Shown here: positions 39,201 to 50,389 of the stretch, piece after piece | Layout of the letters: each line of letters begins with the position of its first letter | Position numbering within the stretch: position 1 is the stretch's first letter | Origin: Toensbergia leucococca | Taxonomy: Eukaryota | DNA length: 64,000 nt | Reading direction: 5' to 3' | NCBI GenBank assembly: GCA_022813965.1 | Contig: JALDZS010000080.1 | Span: forward strand, 1 to 64,000 | Made by a program: the position numbers and the translations under genes | Notes under the pieces: generated by a model | What the model saw: the letters and a program-made list of their open reading frames with translations, nothing else | Database searches by the model: none | Told to the model about the DNA's origin: nothing

Positions 39201-42200
39201 ACGGATCAACGGCATTGCACCTCTCCTCATTGAATGGCCATTTCGAGGCTGTCAAAATACTTGTTGAAAAGGAAAGTAACTTACACCAAAGAAACAACGA
39301 TGGTGATACACCGGTTCATCAAGCCACACTTGGAAGCAATCTCAAGGTCTTGAAATATCTCCAAAATAACGGTGCCGACCTACACGAGATCAACAACTAT
39401 GGGCTTCTGCCACTGCACGTAGCAGCTCAAAGTCGAAACCTTGAGGTCGTACAATACCTGCTACAGATGAGCCAGGAGCATCTGCTATCCAAGACAAGGG
39501 ATGGTCGCATTCCATTAATGTGCGCTGCTGAAAAGGGCTCTCTCGACGTCGCGCGCTTGATTATAGAGAACTCTAACGAATCACATTTGCTAGCCAAGTC
39601 AAAGGATGGGCGCACCTGCCTTCATTTTGCAGCAATGTCGTCTGAGTATGGCATGCCTAACCTTTTCATTGACAAAGGAATTCCATTAGATGCACAATCA
39701 GACGATGGGTCGACAGCGCTGCAATCTTCTCTTAATGGCAAGAACCCGTGTGACAACTTCGTTTTGCTTCTTGAAATTGGTGCCAGTCTTACTATTCCAA
39801 TGAATGATGGAACATTACCGATTCACCAGATATGCAAAAGTGGCGGATTTTACGGTGTTGACCGACTGAAGGCTCTTATTCAATTCTCTGGCAAGGCTGC
39901 AACATACTTAAACTGCAAGACAAGGTCAGGTATTACCCCTCTTCAGATACTCGTATCTGAAAATTCACTCGACAACCATCGCGTTGAAATGATCGAGACT
40001 CTTACCAACCAGATAGAGATCGATGTCGAGTGCCTCAACGAGAGACATGAAACCCCTCTCATCCAACTCGCCCGAAAATTGGGCGATGGAATTTTCATGG
40101 ATTATTACACGGATAATACACTTGCCGCCATGGGTTGCCTGTTAGGTCGCGGAGCCAACAGTAATGCAACGTGCCAAGATTCCCGGACAGCTCTACATTA
40201 CATGTTTCCAGATGATCTTACCCTTGCCACTTTCAGGGGTGCACACCTTCTCATAGACCACAATGCAAAAGTAGACATTCAAGACAATTGCAAGCAAACA
40301 GTGGTTGATTTGATCTTTGAAATGTGGGAAACAAAGGTCATTGATCGTCAGATTCATGGTGTCACTAAAATAACCAAGACTGTTCTTGAAATGATGTCTA
40401 TAGACCAACTACAAGAGCCTTTGAACAACGGATCTCTACCACTCGAAATTGCTGCTATTTGGGTGCCAAATAAAACACTCGTCAATTTGCTTCTTGACTA
40501 TAACGTTGGCGTCGATCCCGTGATGGAGTCAGTATGTATTTACGGTTGCGAATCGGTGACTGCTGGAAGACTTATATCAAGAAGTACCAATCTCCTCGAA
40601 TTTGATAAGTCAGGGCTTGGCTTGATCCACATTGCTTCTAAAAATGGGCAAGATGGGATCATAGAGGAACTCCTGTTAGCCAAGGTTGGGATCAACACTC
40701 TGACTTCATAAGGCGAGACAGCCTTGCACTGTGCTACTTTCCGTGAAGGACACTTGAGCACAGCAGAGCTTCTTTTAAAACATGGTGCCAACGCCTTTGC
40801 AAAAGACAAACACGGAGCCAGTGTTGCGCACAAGGCTGCTTCGAGCGGCAACGAGGGTATTTGTCGCCTGGTTTGGCAACGAGGGGTGCCATGGGACGAA
40901 GGAGCAATTATGACTTTGGGGAATGCGAGGCTTCACAATGTACTACCGCTGCACCTAGCGTCGTATTATGGTCATACGTCGGTCACTGAATTCTTGTTAA
41001 AGAATCAGCTAGTACCTGATATTGATATCGCCGCAGATCGAGTTAATACAATGACACCGCTTCACCTAGCCTGCTTGACTAATTCAGCCGACGTTGTAAA
41101 GCTTTTGCTATCCAAGGGGGCGAATGTCAATAGTGTACATGGATATTACAAGAGAACACCTCTCCACCTTGCAGTCAGGTGGGAAGTAATCGCTGGGAAA
41201 GAATCTGTTGTATCTATCCTGCTTGCACATGGGTCGGATCCGGAGAAGTTAGATCTCAGGGGCATGTCTCCCGAGGCAACAGCATTAGAGAGAGGAAACA
41301 AGAGGGTGGTCCAGACTATTCGAGAGCACCGTGAGAAGATGGGTATGTTATTGCCAAAGCCTTGAGTAGATTCATGAGTGGTTCTACATATCCTGATACT
41401 AGCTTTTGTCTCTATTGCATGACAGCATTGGGTCCAGAGGCTGATATAACTTATAGCCGATCAGAGGATTACCGAGACCTCGGTCTGTAGTAGTACAGAA
41501 TTGTCAAATCTCGAGGACGATATGCGTATCCAGATGTCCAGAAGCTTGTTTTCTGCCGTGCACGAAGGAGATTTAGAGGCATGTACGCATCTAATCGAGC
41601 GAGGTGTTGAGATTGATAGGCCTAAGGAGTGCGGCGGATGTACACCCTTCATAGTCTCCTGCTCCTTGGGCAATTTCGCTATGTCTATGTTGCTTCTTCA
41701 GCATGGGGCAAAGTCTGACAGCACGACCTGCGGTTCGGAGTTGAACCCGTATTATACCGCCGTGCATTTTGCCGCATGCCATGGCAACCGAAACGCTCTC
41801 GAAATGCTCGTTGGAAAGTTCTCATCCTGGTCCGATCTTGGTGTAAAGCCTATTCATCTTGCGGCGGCCAATGGACATCTAGAATGCCTTGAATTCCTTT
41901 TGGACTATGAGAAATCAACAAGCAATCCCAAGGGGCCACTGAGTATCGGAATCGATGGTGGAAGTGATTCAGAGGAGGGAATAATTTACATCACGAATCC
42001 TAGAAACACGAAATCGGCACATAGTGGAGCAACAGCGTTACATCTCGCTTCTTGCGAAAGCCATGAAGACATGGTGACATTTCTACTTGAAGAAGGTGCC
42101 CAGGTTGATGATACAGATGGAAAGGGCAGGACAGCCCTACATCTCGCTGCCGGGAGAGGCCATGCCGCCATTATAGATGTCTTGCTTAAATATGGTTCCT

Positions 42201-43147
42201 ATCTTGAAAAGGCTGATGAAGACGGATGTACGCCTCTGCATATCGCAGTAGAGAATGATCAAGGGGCAACCGTGAAGCAACTGCTTGAAGCAGGCGGGAA
42301 TGTCCATTGTCGGAATTATTGGGGAGAAACGCTTCTGCATTACGCGGCTCGCTGTGGCTTAACAAACCTTGTCGATGTTCTACAAGAGCACGACATAGAC
42401 ACTGCCGTCAAAAGTGTGATGGGTAACACAGCTGTCCATGAGGCAGTATATTCAGGTGAAAATGCTATTTTTAAACGACTTCTTTCAGAAGAGACAGATT
42501 TCGAGACGTATGATATCAATGGCAAATCCTTATTGATGCTAACGATGTCGTGTGGCTCTAAAGACATGACAGACATTGCAATGGAACGTTTTTCTGGTCA
42601 TGACAGTCCGGAAAATCCTCGTCGTGGAACTTTGTTGAACTGTGCATGCGTCGCAGGACAATTATACTTCGTTGAGGAACTTCTCAAACGGGCCCCGAAG
42701 GAGAACATTTCTACATACCTCAACAACCGATGCTACACAGGAACGCCTCTATACTCTGCAGCATTTGCAAACCGTTCAGCGATCGTTGAAGCTCTTCTCG
42801 AAGCTGGTGCTAGTATAGACCTTGTTGGTGGTGAATTAGGCTCTCCATTACACGCAGCATGTGCTACCGGCCGCATAGATGCAACCAAAGTGCTTCTTAA
42901 GCGTGGCGCTAAGTTGGATTGCACAAAGGAAGATGGTACGATCATTTCCGCAATGGACGCGGCCAGTTGCTTCAAGAGTGTTCAGGCATTACTACAGAGG
43001 TTCCAAGATGAAGGGATTGAAGGCCTAGAGAATTTCGGCGAAAGTGAATGGGGAAGAGGTCGTAGCGTAGGAAGAGTCCAGGAGCTAGGAGAAATAAAGG
43101 AATCAGGCAACATGGAAAGAAATGGCAAGGTAGACGATCCTACTTAG
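36227..43147 (+). pseudogene. Fungal NLR-like gene: HeLo-like N-terminus + NACHT + winged helix + long ankyrin array, with one in-frame stop
   Basis: MAEVLSVASSIAGLVSL...KLKWPF (HeLo-like_N). The P-loop LWLHGI|PGAGKTIL is split by introns; AYFYCDY; Walker B IVDALDEC; GM|FRWVTCQLD; LPPTLFETYERIL; LAHFTVKEFL; many GxTALHxA repeats. TAA at 40709-40711 is in frame with the downstream ankyrin ORF. Confidence 0.85.
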
Positions 43148-43766
43148 GCGCATGAGTCAGGAAAACAGGGGAGTTGCGAAAAATCGACGATTCAACCACC
43201 GAGCAATCAGGTTGGGCGGAAAATGGGACAACTCTGTACTACTGGGGAGTGACCTAGGATTGTTGCGGCTTTCAGAGACTACGTTAACAGCATTTGCCCT
43301 CCGATATTTACGCCACATGTCAAAGGGCATAGGCTAGTTTAAAACACTCCTTCTCTACCTGTTGTAATTACAGGCCCTTCCTTTTTAACCTCTAAAACAG
43401 CAAGTCAGCTAACATGCTTGAATCAGAAGGCAGTCTAAAGCTCGCATTATACATATACTACACTTGACATCATAGTACAACTCCTCGAAGTCTGAGCTAG
43501 ATGGTGATTCATGACGGCTCCACCTATGAAGCTGCAGCAGCGGAAGGTTTTCACCTCGGTTTATGGTAGATGAATGTTGTCTTCTATCGCAAATGCTTTA
43601 TCTAGAATCAGGACGTTGTTTGATGTCTCACTTGAGCACAGCGGGCATTCTGGAACCACTTGCGCCTTTTATTTCAAGCAGATACGACAGAAATGCGTGC
43701 CGCATCACCTGGCTTGTCTCATGACAGTTGAGGCTGCCTCACTTCCTGAATTGTGGGCTGAACTTG

Positions 43767-44411
43767 CAAGGCTCTCAATAGTCGACCGCCTATTCTATTT
43801 AACTGACTATTATCTAGTCTTTGGTAGTTGACTATTAGTCTTCGGTAGTTGATTCTCAAATAGTCGATCTGATTCTTGGTTTTTGGTATCCGATTCTTAG
43901 AGTAGTCGATTAATTCCTAAGAACTAATAGTTTGACTGATTCTTCTGATGATTCCTTTGAGGGGGCGTGTTTTTGAGAACGTAAACACCCCCAAATGATG
44001 GGCCTGATCATAGCCATCATCATCATAGGTTCATTCTGAAATCTGAATTGTCACTGCCACCATTCATGGTGACTACTGAATATTCATGTTCATTTTCATC
44101 AACAAACCATGGATAGTGATCATGATTTAAACACTATCTGATAGACTTTCTCTTTCCTACTGAGGCGCCTGAGCTAGTGAAGTGGTTTGAAGAGTTGGTA
44201 TATTTACAGAGGGAGGATCTTTCATACCATTGTATCAGATTTTTCGTGAGGCTGAGGGTATATTTAATAGGCACGGATTAATAGTCTTATAATAGTCAGA
44301 CTATCAGTCGAACTGATTCAAGGTTCAGGAATCGGATACCGACTACTGATTATGTCCGTAAATAGTCGATTCCACTCTCAGGACTAATAGTCTGGACTAT
44401 TGGGAGCCTTG
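43767..44411. mobile_element. MITE-like non-autonomous element (~645 bp) with 17-bp terminal inverted repeats
   Basis: caaggctctcaatagtc (43767-43783) pairs with gactattgggagccttg (44395-44411), 1 mismatch. Many subterminal aatagtc/gactat motifs; AT-rich, non-coding interior; no clear TSD. Confidence 0.65.
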
Positions 44412-44658
44412 GGTCTAGGTGAGCGCCCACAAGGTAGTAGGTAAGGTACCTATCAAGCGAGCCGAGTCCGAGTCCTTACCACATCAGGCTCAATCAAGGT
44501 CTCATCATTCACTTCTTGTCTTCAAAATACGCATGAGCCCCAGTTCCGCCCCCCCTGACGAGCGCCGTTCCACCAACACAACCCCCTTCCCTGCCTATTC
44601 CAGGCCCACACGCCGACCCGCTCCACAACAAGCAACCACCTCCCAACCTGAACCCCCC

Positions 44659-46229
44659 CTATTCCAGTTCACAAGGCCTCGACTCCGCATTCAACTCCGT
44701 GACCAAATACCTGGGCTCCACGCCCTCCAGCTCCTCTCCCTGCTTGACGCCACACCCTACCAATTCCCCGCATCCCATCCCCGCATCCATCTCCGCAGCC
44801 TTGAAATCCCCCTTCCCAAACCTCTCCAAAAGTTCCGTCTGCGTATCGAAATTCCCCTCCCTCCCATCATATTCAGCTCTCCGCTGTCCCCGTCGTCGTT
44901 GGCGGAGATAGTAGAAGGCCGCTGCAACAACGGCAGCGAGGAGGGCGATGAGAGGGATGACGATGGCGATTTTGGTGGGGGTGGAGAGGGTGGAGTGAGG
45001 GGTTGTGGTTGGAATGGGGAGGGAGGAGTTAGTCCAGCTGGAGGTACCGTGGCAGGTGAAGAGGCCTTTGATGTGGCCGGCGGTTTTTGCGGCGAGGAAG
45101 GGGGTACAGTCGAAGGGGGCAGAGGTATTGACTATGAATCCATTGCCGACGGATGTGAGAGCGGGGAGTGAGACGCTAGACTAGGTGTTAGGAGAAACTT
45201 GTGTGAAAAGGTGGGATGGGGGGGATTTTTGGATGAGAGGTGTGGTGATTTACTTGGAAAAGTTCCCACTGAGACTGATGTTGCCGCCCACAGTCGCGAG
45301 GAGGTCGAAGCCGTCCACATCTTGGTAGCCGCTCGTGTTTGAGATTTGAAGACTACCGCCTATGGACTTCAAGAGGGGGAAACTAAGAGCTTCCAGGCCG
45401 GTGCTACCGTCTATGACCAGGCTGCCCCCCACCGAGGCGAGACTGGCAGCGACGAAGGAGGTGAGGGTGTTGCCGTAGAGACCCATGGACGTGTTTACGT
45501 GGGTGAGGGAGGGGAAGCTGGCCATGGTGGAGTTGCGAAAGGTGATGTTGTTGGCCCATTGGAGGTCGTCGAAGAAGATTTTCAGGAGCGGGTTTCCTTC
45601 TATCACGACGTATTGCTGGATGGTGGGGACGTCGATGCTCAGGCTTGTGAGGTAAGGGTTGTTGTTGATGTTGAGGCTTTGCGCTCCTTGTTGGAAGGTG
45701 ATGCCTTGGAATGATTTGAGGGCCGTGTTGGAGACTTTGAAGATGGGCACGTTGCTCAGGACCAAAGTCGACGTTGTTAAGACTGGGAGATCGGTCCAGT
45801 CGAGGATGCTGACTTTGGCCAGCGATGGCAGATTGAGCTCCGAGAGGACGTCGAGCTTTTCCAAGCTAAAAGTTCCTTCGATGACGGCAAGGTCTTTTGC
45901 TGCTAGGGTTTCCAAGTCGGAGCTGTTGGCTGCTGTCAGGTTGCCGGTGATTGTTCTGATTCCATTGAGAGAAATGCCACCAGCGGCAGCGGTGGCGATG
46001 ACTATGTTTCCCGTGAACGTCGTACAGGCCGTGAGAACTGAGGCATCGGAAGCGTCTTGGATCGTCCGAGTCGGTTCGGAACAGGTGTTGGCTGTGTGTT
46101 TTGTTAAAAAAACAAATGATCAGTCTCAAATCCAGACACGGATGTCATGGACTATATCATACCAAGAGACTGTGCTGGCGGCACGAGCAGTGCTAAAATG
46201 ATGCCAAGGAAGCGAGAACATGGCAACAT
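44659..46229 (-). CDS. Ecm33/Sps2-like (receptor L-domain) secreted-type protein with a C-terminal TM helix and cytoplasmic tail; 3 exons
   Basis: Signal peptide MLPCSRFLGIILALLVPPAQSL|; CSEPT...ACTTFTGNIVI; LNINNNPYL, LQWANNITFRN, FPLLKSIGGSLQISN, LSGNFS|; last exon VSLPAL...FDCTPF...FTCHG, TM IAIVIPLIALLAAVVAAAFYYL, RQRRRGQRR, tail ending ELNAESRPCELE*. Confidence 0.8.
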
Positions 46230-46760
46230 GGCTGAGATGGACGGAGATGCATTCTACCGCTTTTACATATTCCCTCGATTGTGGGAAACACAGGCAACAT
46301 GAATGCAATGTGTAATGCTTGAGAAACATGGCACCAAAAAGGAAAAAGTGGTGTGGCCCAAATTACACGCCCTCCATTGTAAGAGACTTTTCGTTTTAGG
46401 GCCCGCATGAGTGTTTCGAAAAGTGCTGACAGGACATAATAGAGAGATGGTATTGGTGCAATTGAATAAGTATCAGATAGTATGGTCACTGCATATGCGC
46501 GCTGAAGGCGCCAAAGTGAAGATGGCGGCTCCGGAGCCAATTGCTTTTCCTACTATCCTGCACTAACGCACGCTAAGAATTAAGCTACTCGGCAACCCCC
46601 TTGATAGAGAGACAAGCATGGTGAAGTGACCAGTCAAAGTGCTCGCCAGCATGCGGAACAACCTGGCAAATCATTACTAGCTCTGACGTCCATGATTTGT
46701 CAAATTACGTACCTCTTCACAAACCCAATCCAAAGTTTTCTTCAATCTCAGCTGCTGTTT

Positions 46761-47810
46761 TTACCAATCAAGCTTAGGAGGAGCCTCAGGGTTACAATCC
46801 GAAGATCTAGTCCAATCGTAGACGCCACCTCTTTCATTGAATCCTTCCTCGTCCCAGTAAACATTTGCTAGCGCAGCCGGAACACCGACGTCGAGTATGG
46901 ACTTTGTAGGATCGCCGACTCTGTTGTCCAAACCCCCTCAACGTTAGTCATGAAAATCACATATATCTTTGATTTTACCCGTCTATATTCCTTACCCTTT
47001 ATTCAAGAACCTCATATATTCATCCAGAAGAAGATATGAGCTTCGCATTACGTTGTTTCCTTCGGGGACAAAACAGCGGTTGTGTGAATGCGCTTGGCAG
47101 AACCTGTTGAATTCTTCGTCGCTAATGGCAAACTCCCGAGCATCTCGTAAGGTTTGGTTGCAATCGTTCTCGCCTTCGACGATCAGGACCTGGAAGCATT
47201 TCCAACGGAAGGGGGCGATCCGCTTGATGGGCTCGTTCATATCTTCGTCGAAGTTGTATCTGTTCACAACAGTGTTGACCTTGAATTTGATACCTTGTTC
47301 CTTGCACGTTTGGCACAGCTTCTCGAAATGAGCCAGGTGAAATCCTTTACCTCGACCGATTTTGACGTTTGTATCTTCGTTGAATGAATCGCATGAAACA
47401 GCCATTATGTCCAAATACTTTCCGTATTCGGATAACCAACCTTCGGTGACCTTACTGCCATTGGTAACCACTGACACTGATTCAAGATGTAACTCCTCCT
47501 TGCAATACTTAGCAAGTTCACCAAGCATTTTTGGCTTGACGAATGGTTCTCCACCAGCAAAGTTCATTTTTCTCATCCCGGCTTGCTTGAGCATTAGAAG
47601 ACCTCTTTTGGCGTTTTCTACGGACTCCACGTGGGAGGTTTTGGCGGTATGGAAGCAGAATCCACAACTGTAATTGCATTCTCGCGTAAAATGGTAATTT
47701 ACAGACACTGGGATCTTCTGGGCGCCATGAACTGAGTTTCTCTTGATCCAATGATGGCAGGAAATGAGAATAACAACCAAGACTGTAATCAAAAGCACTG
47801 TAAAAGACAT
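46761..47810 (-). CDS. RSAD2: Viperin (RSAD2-like radical SAM ddhNTP synthase), 2 exons
   Basis: [26 protein letters not shown] (CxxxCxxC), [60 protein letters not shown]. Second exon SILDVGV...[10 protein letters not shown]...KLDW*. Hydrophobic N-terminal anchor. Confidence 0.97.
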
Positions 47811-48279
47811 GACGTGCGTGTAGTAGAGACTGAAGAGGGCGAATGAGTAGCCTGATTATATGTATCTCTCATGGATACCGACAAAGCAAACCGTTTCGAT
47901 AAGCAGTTTCTAGAACGTCCTGCAGAGAAGCGAGAAGTGAAGATAGAATACTCCCACGCAATGATACAGGGAAATCTGTTAAAAAAAAAGAACTTCAAAG
48001 CGCCTAACAAAGGTTCCAGAATTTGCTGGTGGGTAGAACATCGTAGAAGAAGGGTGTTTCATAGAAGAGTGAGTGATATCAAAAATTTATGGTGCTTTGG
48101 CTTGGTAGAACAAACCACAAGCTTCTGATACATTGCATCGGGCTAAGAAGATAACATATAAGATGACAAGAGTTCTCAATCGGTCTTCCTAAGCCAACCT
48201 CTTCCAAAGACAAACTGCAAAGGGACAAAGGATTTGCGGCAAGGTTCGTTGCGTAGACAAACTCAAACTTGTAATCCGA
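47811..48279. promoter_or_regulatory. Probable bidirectional promoter shared by viperin and the NMP kinase
   Basis: 469 bp between divergent ATGs; inferred from gene geometry only. Confidence 0.55.
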
Positions 48280-49086
48280 ATGGATGCTCCCATGATCCCA
48301 AGCGAGGAATCACAATCGCAAGACATGAACATTGCGGAGATAATATACGTCATCGGTATGTTGATCTGGTTTGGTGGCCTTGTTAGCTAATACTGCTGAC
48401 AACCCTGCGCTCAGGGGGACCGGGTGTTGGTAAAGGAACAAATTGTAGTCGTTTGGCGCGAGACCTGAACGTCGCCCATATCTCTGTTGGTGATCTACTC
48501 AGAGAGGAGCAAGTAAGACCTGAATCGTCTTGGAGGTCCACTATTGAGGAACACAAGCGCGACGGCACATTAGTACCTACTGAGCTGACTGTGGAACTCC
48601 TTCTAAAACGCATATTACAAGAGATGAGAGCAAATACAACACGATTTCTAATTGACGGCTTTCCTAGAACCACTGAGCAAGCTAGTCTCTTCAAGGACAA
48701 GGTAAGCAAGGTAAGCAGAAGAAGTTCCACAAAATCATCTGAAACAAACGCTGAATTCTTGGCAGATCTGCACTAGCAAAGGAGTTATATCTCTTCATTG
48801 TTCAGAGCGTGAAATGCTCTCTCGTGTCCTGGGCCGAGGGAAGACGTCAGGGCGAATTGACGATAATGAGGCCACTTTCAGAAAGAGATTCCAGAGATTC
48901 ACAGAGGATAGTATTCCTGTCTTGGACTATTTCCGAGGCAAAGGCAAAATGATCGAGGTAAGAGAGCCGTTTTCTTTGTCTTGATCGAGGTGCTCATATG
49001 ATCAGATGCACAGTGAGCTTCCACGCGATGAAATCTATGACGTATTCAAGCGCGAAGCAAGGGATCTTTGGGCAAGACGTTTGTGA
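48280..49086 (+). CDS. Adenylate-kinase-family nucleoside monophosphate kinase (UMP-CMP kinase/Ura6-like), 4 exons
   Basis: IIYVIG|GPGVGKGTNC (P-loop), HISVGDLLREE, GTLVP, FLIDGFPR, short LID RVLGRGKTSGRIDDNEATFRKRF; ends WARRL*. Confidence 0.9.
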
Positions 49087-49810
49087 GTCTCCGGCACTTG
49101 CTGCAGGCCTGGAGCAATGCATGCAGCAAGTGTGCGATACAACGGGAGACACTGGAAACACAACCTCCATGTAACAGCCTAGCTACGAATTTGATGTCGT
49201 AAAATGAGAGAGATAGATACTAAAAGACTCAATCCTTTGTTGCGAGTTACATATCTTCAGTGAGACGAGATAAAGTTAGAATTGCCTTTTCGCTTCGTTA
49301 GCGCCCGTGTACAGTGTAGCCGCCACCTCCTGCCGCCTATTTTTCGCTAACTTCCCCTTTGCTGGATCTATGCAATAGCAAGCTTAGGAGAATCTTCTAT
49401 AGAAGAGCAGCGAGACAAGTATTCAAATCTGCGTGACTTGTATGACTCACATAAAGAGTCTTGAGGGGTGGAGTATGAGTCGTATGGCCACGATGGCCCT
49501 CGGGCCCATGTTTCCGAAATATGTATTTGAGTGTCAAGGGCCGTGTTGATGCATTGGTTTTTTCTCTCTTTCATGCCAACGCCCTGCATGTTCTTCCGCT
49601 AACCGGCTGTTCCATTTCCACATTCATCAAGCAAATCAGGATCAAATTGTCTTTCAAACCAATGTAAATAACATCATTGATAATACTTAACCTACTCCTC
49701 AAGCGCCGAACCTCAGTTTCTTCTTTGTCCTCATCAACACAACCATTCATACAAATACTCTTTTTCGCTCCCACCCAATCTGAGTAAGCCAGCTTGCTCT
49801 GCTATCCGCC

Positions 49811-50389
49811 ATGCCTCTGCTCGAAGTCGAACAGAAATTCAGCTTCTGTGTCTCTAAATTGGCAAAGTTCAAAGCAAACCTAGGAAATCCTCCATTCAGG
49901 CAGCGATCCAAGGTAGAAGAGAAAAACTTTCAGGATGTCTACTACGACTCCAATAACGTTCTCTCAAAGAATGGCATATGGCTCCGATTGCGAGGCTGTG
50001 ACTGGGAGCTAAAGAGGCGCGTCTCAGGATCATTCGCCAAGTCCACGTTTGAAGAAGTGACAGATCGCGCAGAAATCAAAAAGGAGGTCCGCTGGTATTT
50101 CCCCGGTTGCCCTAGTATAGACGACAATTTCGGACTCAACGAAATCTGTCGATTTTCGAACTTGCGCCAGTCATGGGATGTGGATAAGAAGTTTCGTGTG
50201 ATTTTAGATAAGACAGACTTCGGGCATACAGTAGGCGAGGTTGAGCATCTTGCTGCGAAGGACCCAGAAAAGGCACATGCAGATATCGATGACTTCATGC
50301 TCAAGTATGCCTGGTTCTTTGACAGAAAGAATCCCAAAGGTAAGTTGACGGCTTATTTCGAAAATTATGGGATGCCTAAGGAGCAATAA
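49811..50389 (+). CDS. CYTH-domain triphosphate tunnel metalloenzyme (thiamine triphosphatase-like), intronless
   Basis: N-terminal EVEQKF (ExExK), FQDVYYD, WLRLR...WELK, LDKTDFGHTVGEVE and C-terminal KGKL. This is the motif order of THTPA-type CYTH proteins. Confidence 0.85.
   Translation: MPLLEVEQKFSFCVSKLAKFKANLGNPPFRQRSKVEEKNFQDVYYDSNNVLSKNGIWLRLRGCDWELKRRVSGSFAKSTFEEVTDRAEIKKEVRWYFPGCPSIDDNFGLNEICRFSNLRQSWDVDKKFRVILDKTDFGHTVGEVEHLAAKDPEKAHADIDDFMLKYAWFFDRKNPKGKLTAYFENYGMPKEQ

Noticed and set aside
44419..45171. 250-aa plus-strand ORF
   Set aside because: Antisense shadow of the last exon of the Ecm33-like gene.
47900..48030. HSE-like TTCnnGAA motifs in the viperin-kinase spacer
   Set aside because: Only two perfect units each; too short to distinguish from chance.
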